A stretch of DNA of 64,000 nt. Origin: Octopus sinensis (Eukaryota). This document shows positions 25,736 through 38,312 of this stretch, in pieces. The stretch lies in the NCBI RefSeq assembly GCF_006345805.1, contig NC_043006.1, positions 42,098,001-42,162,000 on the forward strand, given 5' to 3'. A program made the position numbers and the translations under genes. How positions within the stretch are numbered: the stretch's first letter is position 1; each line of letters begins with the position of its first letter. The notes under the pieces were generated by a model that made no database searches, was not told where the DNA came from, and saw only the letters and a program-made list of their open reading frames with translations.

Positions 25736-26957
25736 AGCGTAAAGTTATACTGCCGGATTGTTACCTAACACTCCATTGTATTCTTTGCGTGAAACCGATT
25801 GATAAGATCAGCCATGATGGATATTTGATACTATGAAATTCTGATAATATGTGTGTGTGTGTATACACATGCATGTGTTTGTGCCTATTTTTCTCCCCTC
25901 ACACCCCTTGACAACCGGTTATTTATTTACGTCTCTGTAACTTAGTGGCTCAGTAAAAGAGATCGATAGAATAAGTATGAGTATTGTTCGACTAAACCCC
26001 TCCGACGGGACGCTACAGTATCGTCGCAGCCATATGACTGAAACAAGAGAGATAACACATAAAACTAGACATCTTCAATAATATTTAAATATTCTTACGT
26101 TTGTTTAAATAATACTTTGCTATCTCTTATAAAACATTTGAAACTGGTCAAGTTATTATAAATATGATTAGCAACGTACAGCATTACTGTTAAAATGTTT
26201 TGTCTCGCAAATTACAAAGTCAAGACAGCTGATATAATTCAATACACTTAGTAACGAAAGCATTATAAGCGGAGTAGCGTTCCCCTTATTTCAAAATACT
26301 GAACTGGAATTTCATCAACAAATATCGCCATATCAGAAAATAGCGTTTCCTCAAGACGGCTTACACGTTGGTGATGTTTTTCAATTATACGGAGAAATTG
26401 CAGAGTAAAATCTGAAATGTTTTCAGCCTTACTGTCTTTATGCGTGTGTGTGCCTGCGTGATGGAGTAGTAACTAATCTTTTTAATCATGAATTCAATAA
26501 AGAATGAATTATTAAATACTTTTAAACGAAACGTAGACTTGGAAAGAATGGAGAGAATCTAACATTTTATTGCTTCTCATATGGTTACATTTTGTATTTC
26601 CTATAAGTGTTAAGTGTGTGTTCTTATATATAGGTATGTGTATATATTATGTGCTTGCGTATGTGTGTGTGTTTGTGTGACGAGCGTTCGTAACAAAATA
26701 AATATAATGGAATATCAGTAAAATGCAAAAGAATAGTATAATGTAGTCTATATCAAAGGAGGGTAATATAAAAGCATGGCCGTCTTGTGTGATGCATTTT
26801 AATGTTTTGTAGAATTTGAGATATTTATCATGTGTTTCTGCTGAATAAGCGTTTTATATGTGATAAACTAGCTTTTTTAACCCTCGTTTTAAAAATGGTG
26901 ACGCTTTTACGAACTTAGATACGACAGCGGCATACACGTATACAGACACACCTATGC

Positions 26958-26994
<37 letters not shown>

Positions 26995-27516
26995 CGTGCA
27001 TGGGTGTGCATGCGTGTGTGCGTTTGTTTATCAATGGGAAATGGTAGAATCAGTGAAAATAAAAAAAAAGGTAAACCAAAATATTTTGTATTTGGTTTTG
27101 TCCCTTCACACTCTTGTTACTTTTACAACAAGATCGATTTTTCTTTCTCTCTGTTCGGAGGTAGTTAAAGTAAGTAGCAAATAAAATAGGGAGATTCGGT
27201 GTAAACGTCTAAACCCATAAAATGTGGTGCGCCAACATAAACATCGTCCAATTTTTGAAACTAGTCAGAAATAAAGAGAACACAGGAATACTCCCGAAGT
27301 CAATAAACTTCAGCTTCTTTTTTTTCGTTAACGATATTTATTCCACTTTCCCGTCTCCGTTCTGTTCGAATATACCAATATATCCATATATATTCTTTGA
27401 TTTGCGACACTACGTAGACTCTAATTATTTTGGACGTGAACGAAGTTAAAGTCATTTCGTAAAACATTTACTCGTATATTTACAACTATTTGGGTTTTTT
27501 CCTTTATTTCTTGCAG

Positions 27517-27656
27517 GAAGTCTTCAAAGTGCCGAGGAACGGAGGCTACTGGAAACACTTTTTGCTTCCTACAACCCTCTTGAACGTCCCGTTGCCAACC
27601 ATACAGACACCTTATTGGTTCTTTTTGGAATTACGTTACAACAAATCATAGATGTT
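27517..27656 (+). CDS. Coding exon (equivalent to CHRNA7 exon 2) of an alpha7-like nicotinic acetylcholine receptor / Cys-loop LGIC subunit
   Basis: Acceptor cctttatttcttgcag, donor gtaagt, 140 nt, phase 1 to 0. Translates (x)SLQSAEERRLLETLFASYNPLERPVANHTDTLLVLFGITLQQIIDV, with the YNPLERPV-N-x-T sequon and LQQIIDV typical of alpha7-type subunits. Human CHRNA7 exon 2 is also 140 nt. Confidence 0.96.
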
Positions 27657-28050
27657 GTAAGTATAAACTCATACTACACCTTCATACATGTTTTTATTAA
27701 AGAGACAGTCACTCATTTAAATTACACACACATACACATAAAACATCCGAAGTGTTTTCATATATGTTAGGTTGTTCTAGTAAGTTTTGTAAGTCCAGTA
27801 TGTCTAAGTAGAGAGAATATTAATGTTTGATAACGAAATGTAAATCTCAATGTATCGTGGTTAAATTATTAAGATGTAAACAACAACAAATTTTATCTAC
27901 GAAAGCATTCAATAATTTTTTATTGAATCAAATATATTACTCGTATCTGTTGACTTCTTTAACTTGCTTTTTATTCAGTCACAATTGTTGAGTAACCGCA
28001 GTGACAAAACATGAAGCCCGTGCTAACCATGTTTATATAAGCAATACACA

Positions 28051-28099
<49 letters not shown>

Positions 28100-28112
28100 C
28101 TATATTAATATA

Positions 28113-28156
<44 letters not shown>

Positions 28157-29333
28157 TATAATATTGTGGTGTGCGTGTAAATATACATACATATATGCTC
28201 TCATGCAAGATGAAGACGAGTATCAAATTTTCCCAAGTGGCAGGCTAGATAATTGCAGAGAGATTTTCTCTGCATGAAACCATTAGTCGCATTATTTAAC
28301 ACACAAATAAAAATATCTATCCACCAATGCGGTGTTGAGCACTCATGCTCACTTTTCGATATTGGCGTGTATATATAAATATACACCCTACTCCTCTCTC
28401 TTCCTTCCACGTAACCGGTGTTCAGCCGGCCATGCTTGCTCTTTCTTTCTTGGCCTGACTGCCGACTGCCAACACTTCTTATGCTCAACTCCTATGTTTT
28501 TTACTTTAAGCTTTCACTTCATACATGCCAGCTCACCTGTTGTTATTTTTTGTTGTTGTTTGTATCTTTAATTGCGTACCATGTACTCCGTTTTTTTTTT
28601 GTCTTTGTTGCCTTACACATTCGCTAGCTTTCTTACAAAAAAAATCTAATGCTCTTAGCTTAGACGTTTGGGGGAGGGGCGATCAGATCGAACTGTCTTG
28701 AGTGTAACTGCTCGAAACAGTAAGGATTTCGGGTGTACTTGACTGATGAAAGAAGGCCACGAATGACCAGTCTTTTTTTTTCCCCTATCCTTCTAATTGT
28801 TGTTTCTCCTGTCCACCCTTGTATCATATGTCTGTTCAAATGTTTCATTGTCCTCTATTCTATTTTTGTTCCATATATATATATAAAGCGACAGAGAGTT
28901 GTTTGACACTTATTTCTAGCAAAGCTGGTGCTGAATAGCACCTTCAGTCACTTTAGTGACTACTATACTTGTTGCTTTATGGTGGTAAATTGCGAATAGC
29001 TACCTTATTAATTCTCACTTCACCATTTTCAGAATCAGTCAATGTTCCCTATGATGTTCCCTATAAGGTGGACAAGGAGAGTGAGGTTATTTAACCCTCG
29101 ATGACGGTGTAATGGGTCACAGATGAAGATTAATCAAATCTGAAATCAGCGTTGATATGGCTCCATCTCACTTGCTGTAGAGAGAGTGTCTCCTTTGTCA
29201 GTCGTTAAAAAATCGTTTCATGTGGCTAAGAAGAGAATATTAATCAATGCTAAAAGTGTTTCAGCACTGGTAGTTTGTTTTACCAGATTATACCTAATAC
29301 ATAAATCCACCAGTGCATCCTCAGGCTATTTCC

Positions 29334-29382
<49 letters not shown>

Positions 29383-29937
29383 GAGTGAGAGAGCAGTTCA
29401 TGCCATCAAAGTGACACTGGGGTAAAATATACGAAGCCCAATATACTCATCATGACTACCCGTCTGATAAGGGTACACCAGGCACATGCATCACAACCAT
29501 ATGTGCGCGACATGGTGATCTCATATCAAGATAAACAGCACATGACCTTGCAGGTGGGGCCCAGTTAGAAATTTCTTCAGGTTGAGTAGCCCATCCCACT
29601 CAAAAGGTCCCTGAATAAGGGTTGTTTAAGGATGTTGAAAGAACCACCCATGTTTCCAGAAGTGAATTATTCAAACCCCAAAGAATCCCTCTCAACACAC
29701 GGCTATGATGCTCCCCCACTACTTCTACTCGTGATCAGAGATGCACATATCGTCAGCCACTAAGGGACATGCTCAACTGGTTAAGGTCAAACAACTGACA
29801 AGCAAATCTGTGGTATTGAGCAGAATATTTGCTGTAGCCCATCTTTTATACCAAGACAAAACAATGTACAAGATAACACTTCCAATCAGTTAAGATCATA
29901 AGCCATGAGAGCCACTGCCTGGTACTGCATCAGGGCA
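29383..29937 (-). mobile_element. 555-bp non-coding interspersed element flanked by (AAT)n on both sides
   Basis: A non-microsatellite block bounded exactly by (ATT)n tracts at about 29336-29382 and 29938-30043. The minus-strand 3' end is CTCTCTCACTC(AAT)n. Confidence 0.6.
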
Positions 29938-29986
29938 ATTATTATTATTATTATTATTATTATTGTTATTATTATAAACATTATTA

Positions 29987-30026
<40 letters not shown>

Positions 30027-30092
30027 CATCATTATTATTATTAACGGATCCAACTTAATCCTACAAATTCTAGGATACCTTCATTAAATAAG

Positions 30093-30123
<31 letters not shown>

Positions 30124-30482
30124 TTCGAGCGTAGGCTCGAAACGTAAAAGACTTTTTCTATTCCTGAGCGTAATACTAATACCTCAGTTTGTATTGTACA
30201 CCACCTTTCTTCGTCTTTTCTTTTTTCGTAAACTCTCCCTATATATATATAACTTCATAATATATATTTACAAAATTTTAAAGATTTTAAAGATTAGAAA
30301 ATTATAAAAGTTTTTAAAATTCATTAAAAAATAATTAAATTAAATTAAACACCTAAACATGCAATAGCGATATATATATAAAGTGCTAAACATAAAGAAA
30401 CCCCCATTGACTATTTTATAAAACACGTCAAATTAAACCACCTATCTATATAAACTTTACGAGAATTAATAATTTTGAAATA

Positions 30483-30538
<56 letters not shown>

Positions 30539-30678
30539 CATACACATATATATACATAATATATATATATATATATATATATACATACTATTATATATAT
30601 ATATATATACATACATATATATATATACATAAATATATACATATATACATACAAATATATACATATACATACATATAT

Positions 30679-31018
30679 AAGGGTAAAGACCCCTTTCGGT
30701 CATGAATGACCATGGGATTGCACCTAGAAAGTTACCCTCCTAAACACAAGTCCGGATCAAGGTTGTTTATGGAAGACCAGCAGTCGCCCATGCATACCAG
30801 CCTCCCCTCTCCACGCCACTAGTGTTATCCAAGGGAAAGACAAAGGTCGATACAGCTTGGCACCAGTGACGTCGCAACTCATTTCTACAGCTGAGTGAAC
30901 TGGAGCAACGTGAACTAAAGTGCCTTGCTCAAGAACACAACACGCAGCTCGGTCCGGGATTCGAGCTCACAACCTCACGATCGTAAGCTCGACGCTCTAA
31001 CCACTGAGCCATGCGCCT
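30679..31018 (-). mobile_element. tRNA-derived SINE with CORE/Meta-like central domain (family M)
   Basis: Reverse of ggcgcatggctcagtggttagagcgtcgagcttacgatcgtgaggttg...cttgagcaaggcac. Confidence 0.85.
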
Positions 31019-31486
31019 ATATATATACATATATACATATACATGCATACATATACATATATATATACATACATATACATACATATATATACTTATATAC
31101 ATATATATATATACATACATATATATATACATACATATACATATATATACATACACATACATTCATATCTACACATATATATATACATACATATACATAT
31201 ATAAACATATATATACATACCTACATATATATACATACCTACATATACATACACATGCATACATATACATACAAACACATACATGCACATACATACACAC
31301 ATCTACATATATATATATATACATACATACATACATACATTTATATATATACATATATATAGATATATATATATACATATATTTATATGTGTATATATAC
31401 ATATATATATGTGTATATATATAAGTGTATACATACATATATTTAAATGCATATATACATATGTATGTAGTATGTATGTATGTATG

Positions 31487-31530
<44 letters not shown>

Positions 31531-31558
31531 ATATAATATATATAATATATATGCATAT
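31018..31558. repeat. (TA)n/(TACA)n compound microsatellite
   Basis: Direct reading. Confidence 0.95.
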
Positions 31559-33031
31559 AAACGGAAGGAGGGGATGAGGGTAACATCGTGAGAAGTGAGC
31601 GATAAGTGAGAACGAATTGGAAAAGAAAATCGGGAGAAGGCTAAAAGAACACACATAGACGCACTCGCGCAAACAGTATGTCATTAACCACAGGATTTTT
31701 GACAAGGTCTTTCCACTTCATCTCACTCACATTAATGCGATGAATTCCTAACACTCGCCGACCTGCGGTCTTATGAGACCTTTGGCCAACAACGGGATAA
31801 GTGATCTTTCTGTTTTGACGTGATCTACGGACATAACGCCGTTCCAACAGGACGATGAGCTTATGGCGACAATATAATTCTGTTATGTAAATGCAGTCAC
31901 AATCTGGACCTCTTCGACTTCTGGAAGTGACAGAGGTAACTTAACAACTCTCTTTTGGATTTCGTCGCCTTTTGTCAGCTTCATCACCGGCATTATATTG
32001 TCACCAAGCCGGTTGACCAGGGTGGAGTGTAACTAGTTGAGCGTGCGCATACATATAAAAGGCAAAATAACTCTCGGCTGAATTATTTGTACTGCTTTAA
32101 TGATTTAGTCCACCAAATAAACATAGTTCGTATGCAACTCTCTACATATATAATTCAATTTCTATTCGTTGTAAAAGCCTCACTGTACAAGAGACATGTA
32201 GTCTACTTCAAACTGATACCCACAACGGTTTAGCTAATAGCATGTCAAAAGTCACTTCAATAATCACAAGACATTTATACTAATCAAACCGCTTCAATCA
32301 TTTCCTTGCTATACTTGTTAAGGTCAAAGAAATAGCCTTACTAAATGCAATTAACTACTAGAGAGCGAATATCTCTCCAGCAATTGACTGGCAAATTAAT
32401 TGCTACAAATGGTAAATTATTTCAACGGATCAGGATTTAATTAAACGTCTTGTTATTTGTCTTGGATCACTACAAAGTTTAAGTAACAATTATTATGCAG
32501 TGATTTTCTATCTATTCACATGCCACTTTCGATTCTATTTCAATAGATTTCTTAATATGCACTTATGTAACAAGAACATTCTATTGTTCAAGTGTTTGTT
32601 GTAAATTATTAAGCGCTCCTTACGTTAATTATACCGAAATGCCTAGTTCTAAATATATGAATTTTCTCCTTCGAAATACACAAAATTTAACAAAAATATT
32701 TTCAAATATTTTCTTGCTATTTTTTATCCATACATATATATTTCTTTTTCTGCTGTCTCTGATTTGAAATTTCTCATCTACAGAAGTCAGCATCTGACCT
32801 TTGTATTACATGTTAAGATTGCATTGCATGTAAGTTAGAGAATATGTAATTGAATTACCAATTTGATAGGATGGTTTTTCTTCTTTTTAAAATTAATTGT
32901 GAAACCGCTTTCAAATTTGTCATGCCTGTGGTTACATTAACACCTCAACGTCATTTCGATTTTTATTTCGTTATTTAAAACTATTGCACATGCACATTCA
33001 CACGCAATCACTCATACATACTATATATATA

Positions 33032-33441
33032 GGCGCAGGAGTGGCTGTGTGGTAAGTAGCTTGCTAACCAACCACATGGTTCCGGGTTCAGTCCCACTGC
33101 ATGGCATCTTGGGCAAGTGTCTTCTGCTATAGCCCCGGGCCGACCAATGCCTTGTGAGTGGATTTGGTAGACGGAAACTGAAAGAAGCCTGTCGTATATA
33201 TGTATATATATATATGTGTGTATGTGTGTGTGTTTGTGTTTGCCCACCTAGCATTGCTTGACAACCGATGTTGGTGTGTTTACGTCCCCGTCACTTAGCG
33301 GTTCGGCAAAAGAGACCGATAGAATAAGTACTGGGCTTACAAAGCATAAGTCCCGGGGTCGATTTTCTCGACTAAAGGCGGTGCTCCAGCATGGCCGCAG
33401 TCAAATTACTGAAACAAGTAAAAGAGTAAAAGAGTAAAGAG
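33032..33441 (+). mobile_element. SINE family C
   Basis: Full-length, well conserved copy. Confidence 0.9.
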
Positions 33442-33727
33442 TATATATATATATATGCACATATAGATACACATACATAATTACATACACATATATACAT
33501 ACATAATTCTTATTATCCATATATATGTACTTACGTATGTATGTATGCATGCATAAGGAGGAGGAGGAGGAGGAAAAGTGGGTGATTAGCAGAACCGTTA
33601 CAGCGGCGGTAGAATGCCCTGCAGCATTTTTTCCAATTCCCTTCTCTCAATTCAAATTCCACCACAGACTACCTTATCTTTTATCATTTCTGGACAAAAT
33701 AACTGAAGTTCAAGTACAGAAATTGAT

Positions 33728-33787
<60 letters not shown>

Positions 33788-33960
33788 TTTTTTTCTCCCA
33801 CCTCTCCCACACACTTTCATTCCGCAAGAAACTGAATTCAGACCTGTAGAGGGAAACACTTTGCATGTTAAAAACTACTTCAAGGTACGAGTCGTACATC
33901 ACAGCATGCCCTTCTACGATTCCATTAGGTGACAGACAGACAGAAAGATACATCGATGGA

Positions 33961-34296
33961 CGCAAGGTGCATTCTAGAAGTTTCTAGACTTTTTCAGGAG
34001 TGACATTTATTAATTTCACAAATGTACAAAACTCCTTTAAGGTAGGATCCTCTGACTTCAATGCATTTGTTGTAGCATTCCAGCCACTTCGTGAAGACCT
34101 CATAGAAGTCCCCCAAAGTAAAGGTGTCCAGGGCCTTATCACAGCCTCCTTCATCTTCAAAGCGACTGCCCCTGGAGTTCTTCAGTTTTAGGAACAACCA
34201 AAAGTCAAAGGGTGTAAGGTCTGTAGTGAAGGGAGGAGGTTGGACAGTTTGAATGCCTATCCCTTTCAAGTAGATGCTTATCAGGTTGCACATCAC
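33961..34296 (-). mobile_element. Mariner transposase C-terminal remnant with decayed ITR
   Basis: PPFTTDLTPFDFWLFLKLK..RGSRF...F.KWLECYNKCIEVRGSY is a degenerate YSPDLAPxDFWLF motif. Confidence 0.85.
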
Positions 34297-34306
34297 CGAG
34301 AACCTT

Positions 34307-34711
34307 CTCTTTTACTCTTTTACTTGTTTCAGTCATTTGACTGTGGCCATGCTGGGGCACCGCCTTTAGTCGAGAAAATCGACCCCAAGACTTATTCTTT
34401 GTAAGCTTAGTACTTATTCTATCGATTTCTATTGCAGAACCGCTAAGTTACGAGAACGTAAACACACCAGCATAGGTTGTCAAGCGAGATTGGAGGGACA
34501 AACACAGACACACAAACACATACACACCCGTACACATATATATATATACGACGGCCTTCTTTCAGTTTCCGTCTTCCAAATCCACTCACAAGGCTTTAGT
34601 CAGCCCGAGGCTATAGTAGAAAACACTTGCCCAAGGTGTCTCGCAGTGGGACTGAACCCGAAATCATGTGGTTCGTAAGCAAACTACTTACCACACAGCC
34701 ACTCCTACGGC
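34307..34711 (-). mobile_element. SINE family C
   Basis: Full-length reverse copy, inverted relative to 33032-33441. Confidence 0.88.
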
Positions 34712-35234
34712 CTGGGAATACATTTTGCACAAATGTTATGAATGTTCAGATCTTCACGAATAATTCTGTGTACAGTCGCTACACCGACTGTAAGTTGTAT
34801 ATTTATTGTCTTTATTAGACATTCAATAGTATTTCTCTAGAAAATTGCGAATCTTCTTAATCAGCTGTGATGTTCTGACGTTCCTCCCTCTCTCTCTCTC
34901 TCTCTCTGTCTCTTCTACGTCTCTCATCGTCTCTCACCTCCTCTCTCCTGTCCTTCAACCTCTTTTGCCATCGAAGAACAGATGCTCGGGTCATTCCAGT
35001 TAACCCATAAGCAGACGGGAGCATTTACTAAGCTTCTGTAGAGCTTTTGCCCAGTAATTTAACACAAACATTTTTTGCATACCCAACTTCCAAATAGCCA
35101 TCACGTCTCATCTGCATTCTGTAAACTAGTCCGCTGTGGAAAGTGGTGTTACAGCCGTTTCCGCCAATCTGGAATAACAAGCCTTTGGCAGGTCAGCTTA
35201 TAGAAACAATATTTTTATATTTATTTATTTATGT

Positions 35235-35540
35235 GCCCTTTTCAAGCCTAGTCAGGCTCATGGGCCCGTTTTCCCGGTTTCTGTAACGTATGTGTTCCCC
35301 CCAGCTGGAAGGGATGCCAATCCATCGCAGCGTTACTCAAGAAACAGGAAGAAAGAGTGAGAGAAAGTTGGGGCGAAAGAGTACAACAGGGGTCGCCACC
35401 CCACCCCCACCCCTTCCGTAGCCTCGTGGAGCTTTAGGTGTTTTCGCTCAATAAACACACACAACGCCCGGTCTGGGAATCGAAACCGCGATCCTCTAAC
35501 AGCGAGTCCGCTGCCCTAACCACTGGGACATTGTGCCTCA
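35235..35540 (-). mobile_element. SINE family R
   Basis: Homologous to 23130-23428. Confidence 0.8.
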
Positions 35541-35639
35541 TTTAGAAATAATATACCTAAATTTAAATAATCTAGGACAGTTACAACGGCCTCTCTCAAA
35601 AAACTCTCAAAACTTCTATCTATCCATCCATCCATCCAA

Positions 35640-35677
<38 letters not shown>

Positions 35678-36057
35678 ATTAATACCTAATTATCAGATCA
35701 CATACGCTCTACCTACCTCAAATCATAACTTGCTGAAGATGATTTAAAACCTAAAATAACCGAAATAAAGCAGTCTGCTTGACGAAGGCGGGCAAGTTGA
35801 AAATTCAAAGTCACTATCAACGACTTTCCTTGAAAACGCTTGCTGGATAAAAATGTTTTCACTGAAAAGAATTGAATAACCTTTCTCTTTAATGTTAAAT
35901 TGGTTTGTATATATCTTGACATAACAAATTTGTATTTCTATATGCATCTGTGTGGGGGTGGTTGTAAAGGAACGGAGAGAAGTATGTATGGGTATTGAGA
36001 CTAATATTTGCCATGTATCACTAATAACTACCTCGTTTTTTTACCATTGTTTTGCAG

Positions 36058-36102
36058 GATGAGAAAAACCAGAACCTTGCATCAAATCTCTGGTTAAATA
36101 TA
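36058..36102 (+). CDS. Coding exon (equivalent to CHRNA7 exon 3) of the same nAChR subunit
   Basis: Acceptor ttgttttgcag, donor gtaagt, 45 nt, phase 0 to 0. Translates DEKNQNLASNLWLNI (alpha7: DEKNQVLTTNIWLQM). In frame with the preceding exon. Confidence 0.95.
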
Positions 36103-36161
36103 GTAAGTGATTTTCTTTTGAACTGTCATTGAATTATTATTAATTATTATTAGTATTATTA

Positions 36162-36655
36162 TTATGCCAAAATACTGCTACTCTTTTCATGCAATTCGTA
36201 ATGGATAATCCTTTCCCAGTCCCACCATACTGCAGTGTGGGAGCATTCCATTTTCTCTGCCAGTTCCCTTGTCGTTTGACGAGAATTTTTGTGCAAAAGT
36301 TGGTTTAATCGCTCTTCATCGAGCTCAGCTGGACGGCTAGAACAAGGTGCGTCTTTGAGATCAAAATTTCCATTTTTGAACTTGGCATGCCAATCACGAG
36401 CGGTTCTTTCAGCTATGGCACCGTCTCCATACACAGCGCAAATGTCGCGAGCAGCTTTTGCGGTCTTAGAACCTTGATTAAAAGCAAAAAAAAAGAAATG
36501 CTCGTTTTTCTTAATTTGACATTCCATTTCAATGATCTGAAAATAAACAAAAATTAACTATAATTAACTTTAAAAAAATAGATTCCAAAATTTAAAAACG
36601 CAGTGCATTCCAAAATTTAAATATGAAACAGCGGGAAATTTAGTTGCCAACCCAA
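36162..36655 (-). mobile_element. Internally deleted mariner 5' part
   Basis: TA-TTGGGTTGGCAACTAA ITR at 36657. HTH region AARDICAVYGDGAIAERTARDWHAKFKNGNFDLKDAP.S.RP is fused by deletion to WWDWERIIHYEL. Confidence 0.9.
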
Positions 36656-36664
36656 TAGATATGT

Positions 36665-36706
<42 letters not shown>

Positions 36707-37076
36707 TGTGTGTGTATACACGCCAGCTTAATTTAATTCGTCCTTAGTCGAAAGACACCAGTTGTTAATGTCCTGCTGTTTGTATTTGTGTATCATTTCT
36801 CCATTTTTTACCGTCATTGTTTTCGTATACATTCGCTTGCTTTCTTCCAAAGATTCTAGTGCTCTTAGCTTAGATTTTCTTGGGTTCGGCCAGGTTAGAG
36901 CGGTCTCGAGATTAACCGACCGAAACTGCGAAGAGGATCTGCTTCTCGGCTGAAGATTGATAGCTCTGAATATCCCGTCCTTGTTTTTCTGTCCTTTTTT
37001 TGTACCATCTAACTGTCCGAATGTATTGTTGTCGCCTTTCTTTTACTTGTTTCAGTCATTTTTTGTTTTGATTATA

Positions 37077-37099
<23 letters not shown>

Positions 37100-37117
<18 letters not shown>

Positions 37118-37227
37118 AATAAATAAAATATATGCATACATACATACATATATGTACGTACATACATCTACATGTATATATACATGCATATATATATTAT
37201 ATATATATATAATATATATATAATATA

Positions 37228-37268
<41 letters not shown>

Positions 37269-38270
37269 TACAGGACACCACAAATAGACGTAGAACTCAA
37301 CGAGAAACGAAAACATAAAAACAAACATGGAAACGGACTTTTTTTAACAACGAAAAAACAGAGTACAAGACAAACAATACAAGGAATATTCCCCTTCATC
37401 AGATGTCCCTGGTTCGACTCCGTGCGTGTTTCGAAGGTAAGGACAGAACACGACCCGCCGAACCAATCCTTCCTGCAAAAGAATTAAATAAAATTTCTTT
37501 GCAGAGGGGTAAAAACAAGGAAGGAAAAAATGTGACAAGAACAGGACGTAAAAGCAATACAAATAAAAATACAAATACGAATAAAAATACATTCAAAAAA
37601 ATACAGTACACATAAAGAATAAAAACAGGACAAGGAAACCAACATTGAGGGCCCCTTTTTTAAGCCTAGACGATGGAAAAATTCAGAGCGCAAGAAAAAA
37701 GTCGTGTTGACCTGTAGAAGGCTGCGGGCGAAAAGAAGCTGGTCGACTCGGCAGTTAGAGAGATGAGGAGGAGTAAGAAAGAGAGAGAGATAGAGAGGAA
37801 AGGAAACCAGAAAGGGGGAAAAATAAGAAGGAGAGAGACAAGCAAGGAGGAAGACAGACAGGAAGGAAGGAAAGGTCAAGCAAAGGGTTACAGAGTTCCG
37901 CGTCATAATTATATATAAAAACTTACTTGGAGAAAAGAAAAGAAACGAAACGAAACGAGGGCGCTCAGTCATACAATAATTTAATAAATAAAATATATGC
38001 ATACATATATGTACGTACCTACATCTACATGTATATATACATGCATATATATATATATATATATGCATGTATATATACAATGAGAAACGAGAAACGAAAA
38101 CATAAAAACAAACATGGAAACGGACTTTTTTTAACAACGAAAAAACAGAGTACAAGACAGACGATACAAGGAATATTCCCTTCATCAGCTGTCCCTGGTT
38201 CGACTCCATGCGTGTTTCGAAGGTAAGGACAGAACACGACCCGTCGAGCGAGTCCTTCCTGCAAAAGAAT

Positions 38271-38275
<5 letters not shown>
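37100..38275 (-). repeat. Tandem about 870-bp unit (about 1.3 copies), PLE terminal-repeat-like
   Basis: 37290-37500 repeats at 38080-38275; 37108-37190 repeats at 37981-38050. A related fragment lies at 6390-6730. Confidence 0.75.

Positions 38276-38312
<37 letters not shown>

Larger units (their letters stand above)
27657..36057 (+). other. Intron (8401 nt) between the two nAChR exons
   Basis: GT...AG boundaries; the spliced join gives IIDV-DEKNQ, the canonical nAChR sequence. Confidence 0.9.

Noticed and set aside
33032-33110. tRNA genes at SINE heads (all families)
   Set aside because: A/B boxes are present, but the sequence continues into SINE bodies and no complete cloverleaf is evident.
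35720-35790. CUGAAGA...CCGAAA...GUC as a hammerhead
   Set aside because: Stems I and III cannot be formed; too degenerate to support.
27517-36102. Octopus chemotactile receptor identity
   Set aside because: The exons are close to canonical alpha7-type sequence, keep the loop D tryptophan and have ancestral introns. Nothing visible points to the divergent CR family.
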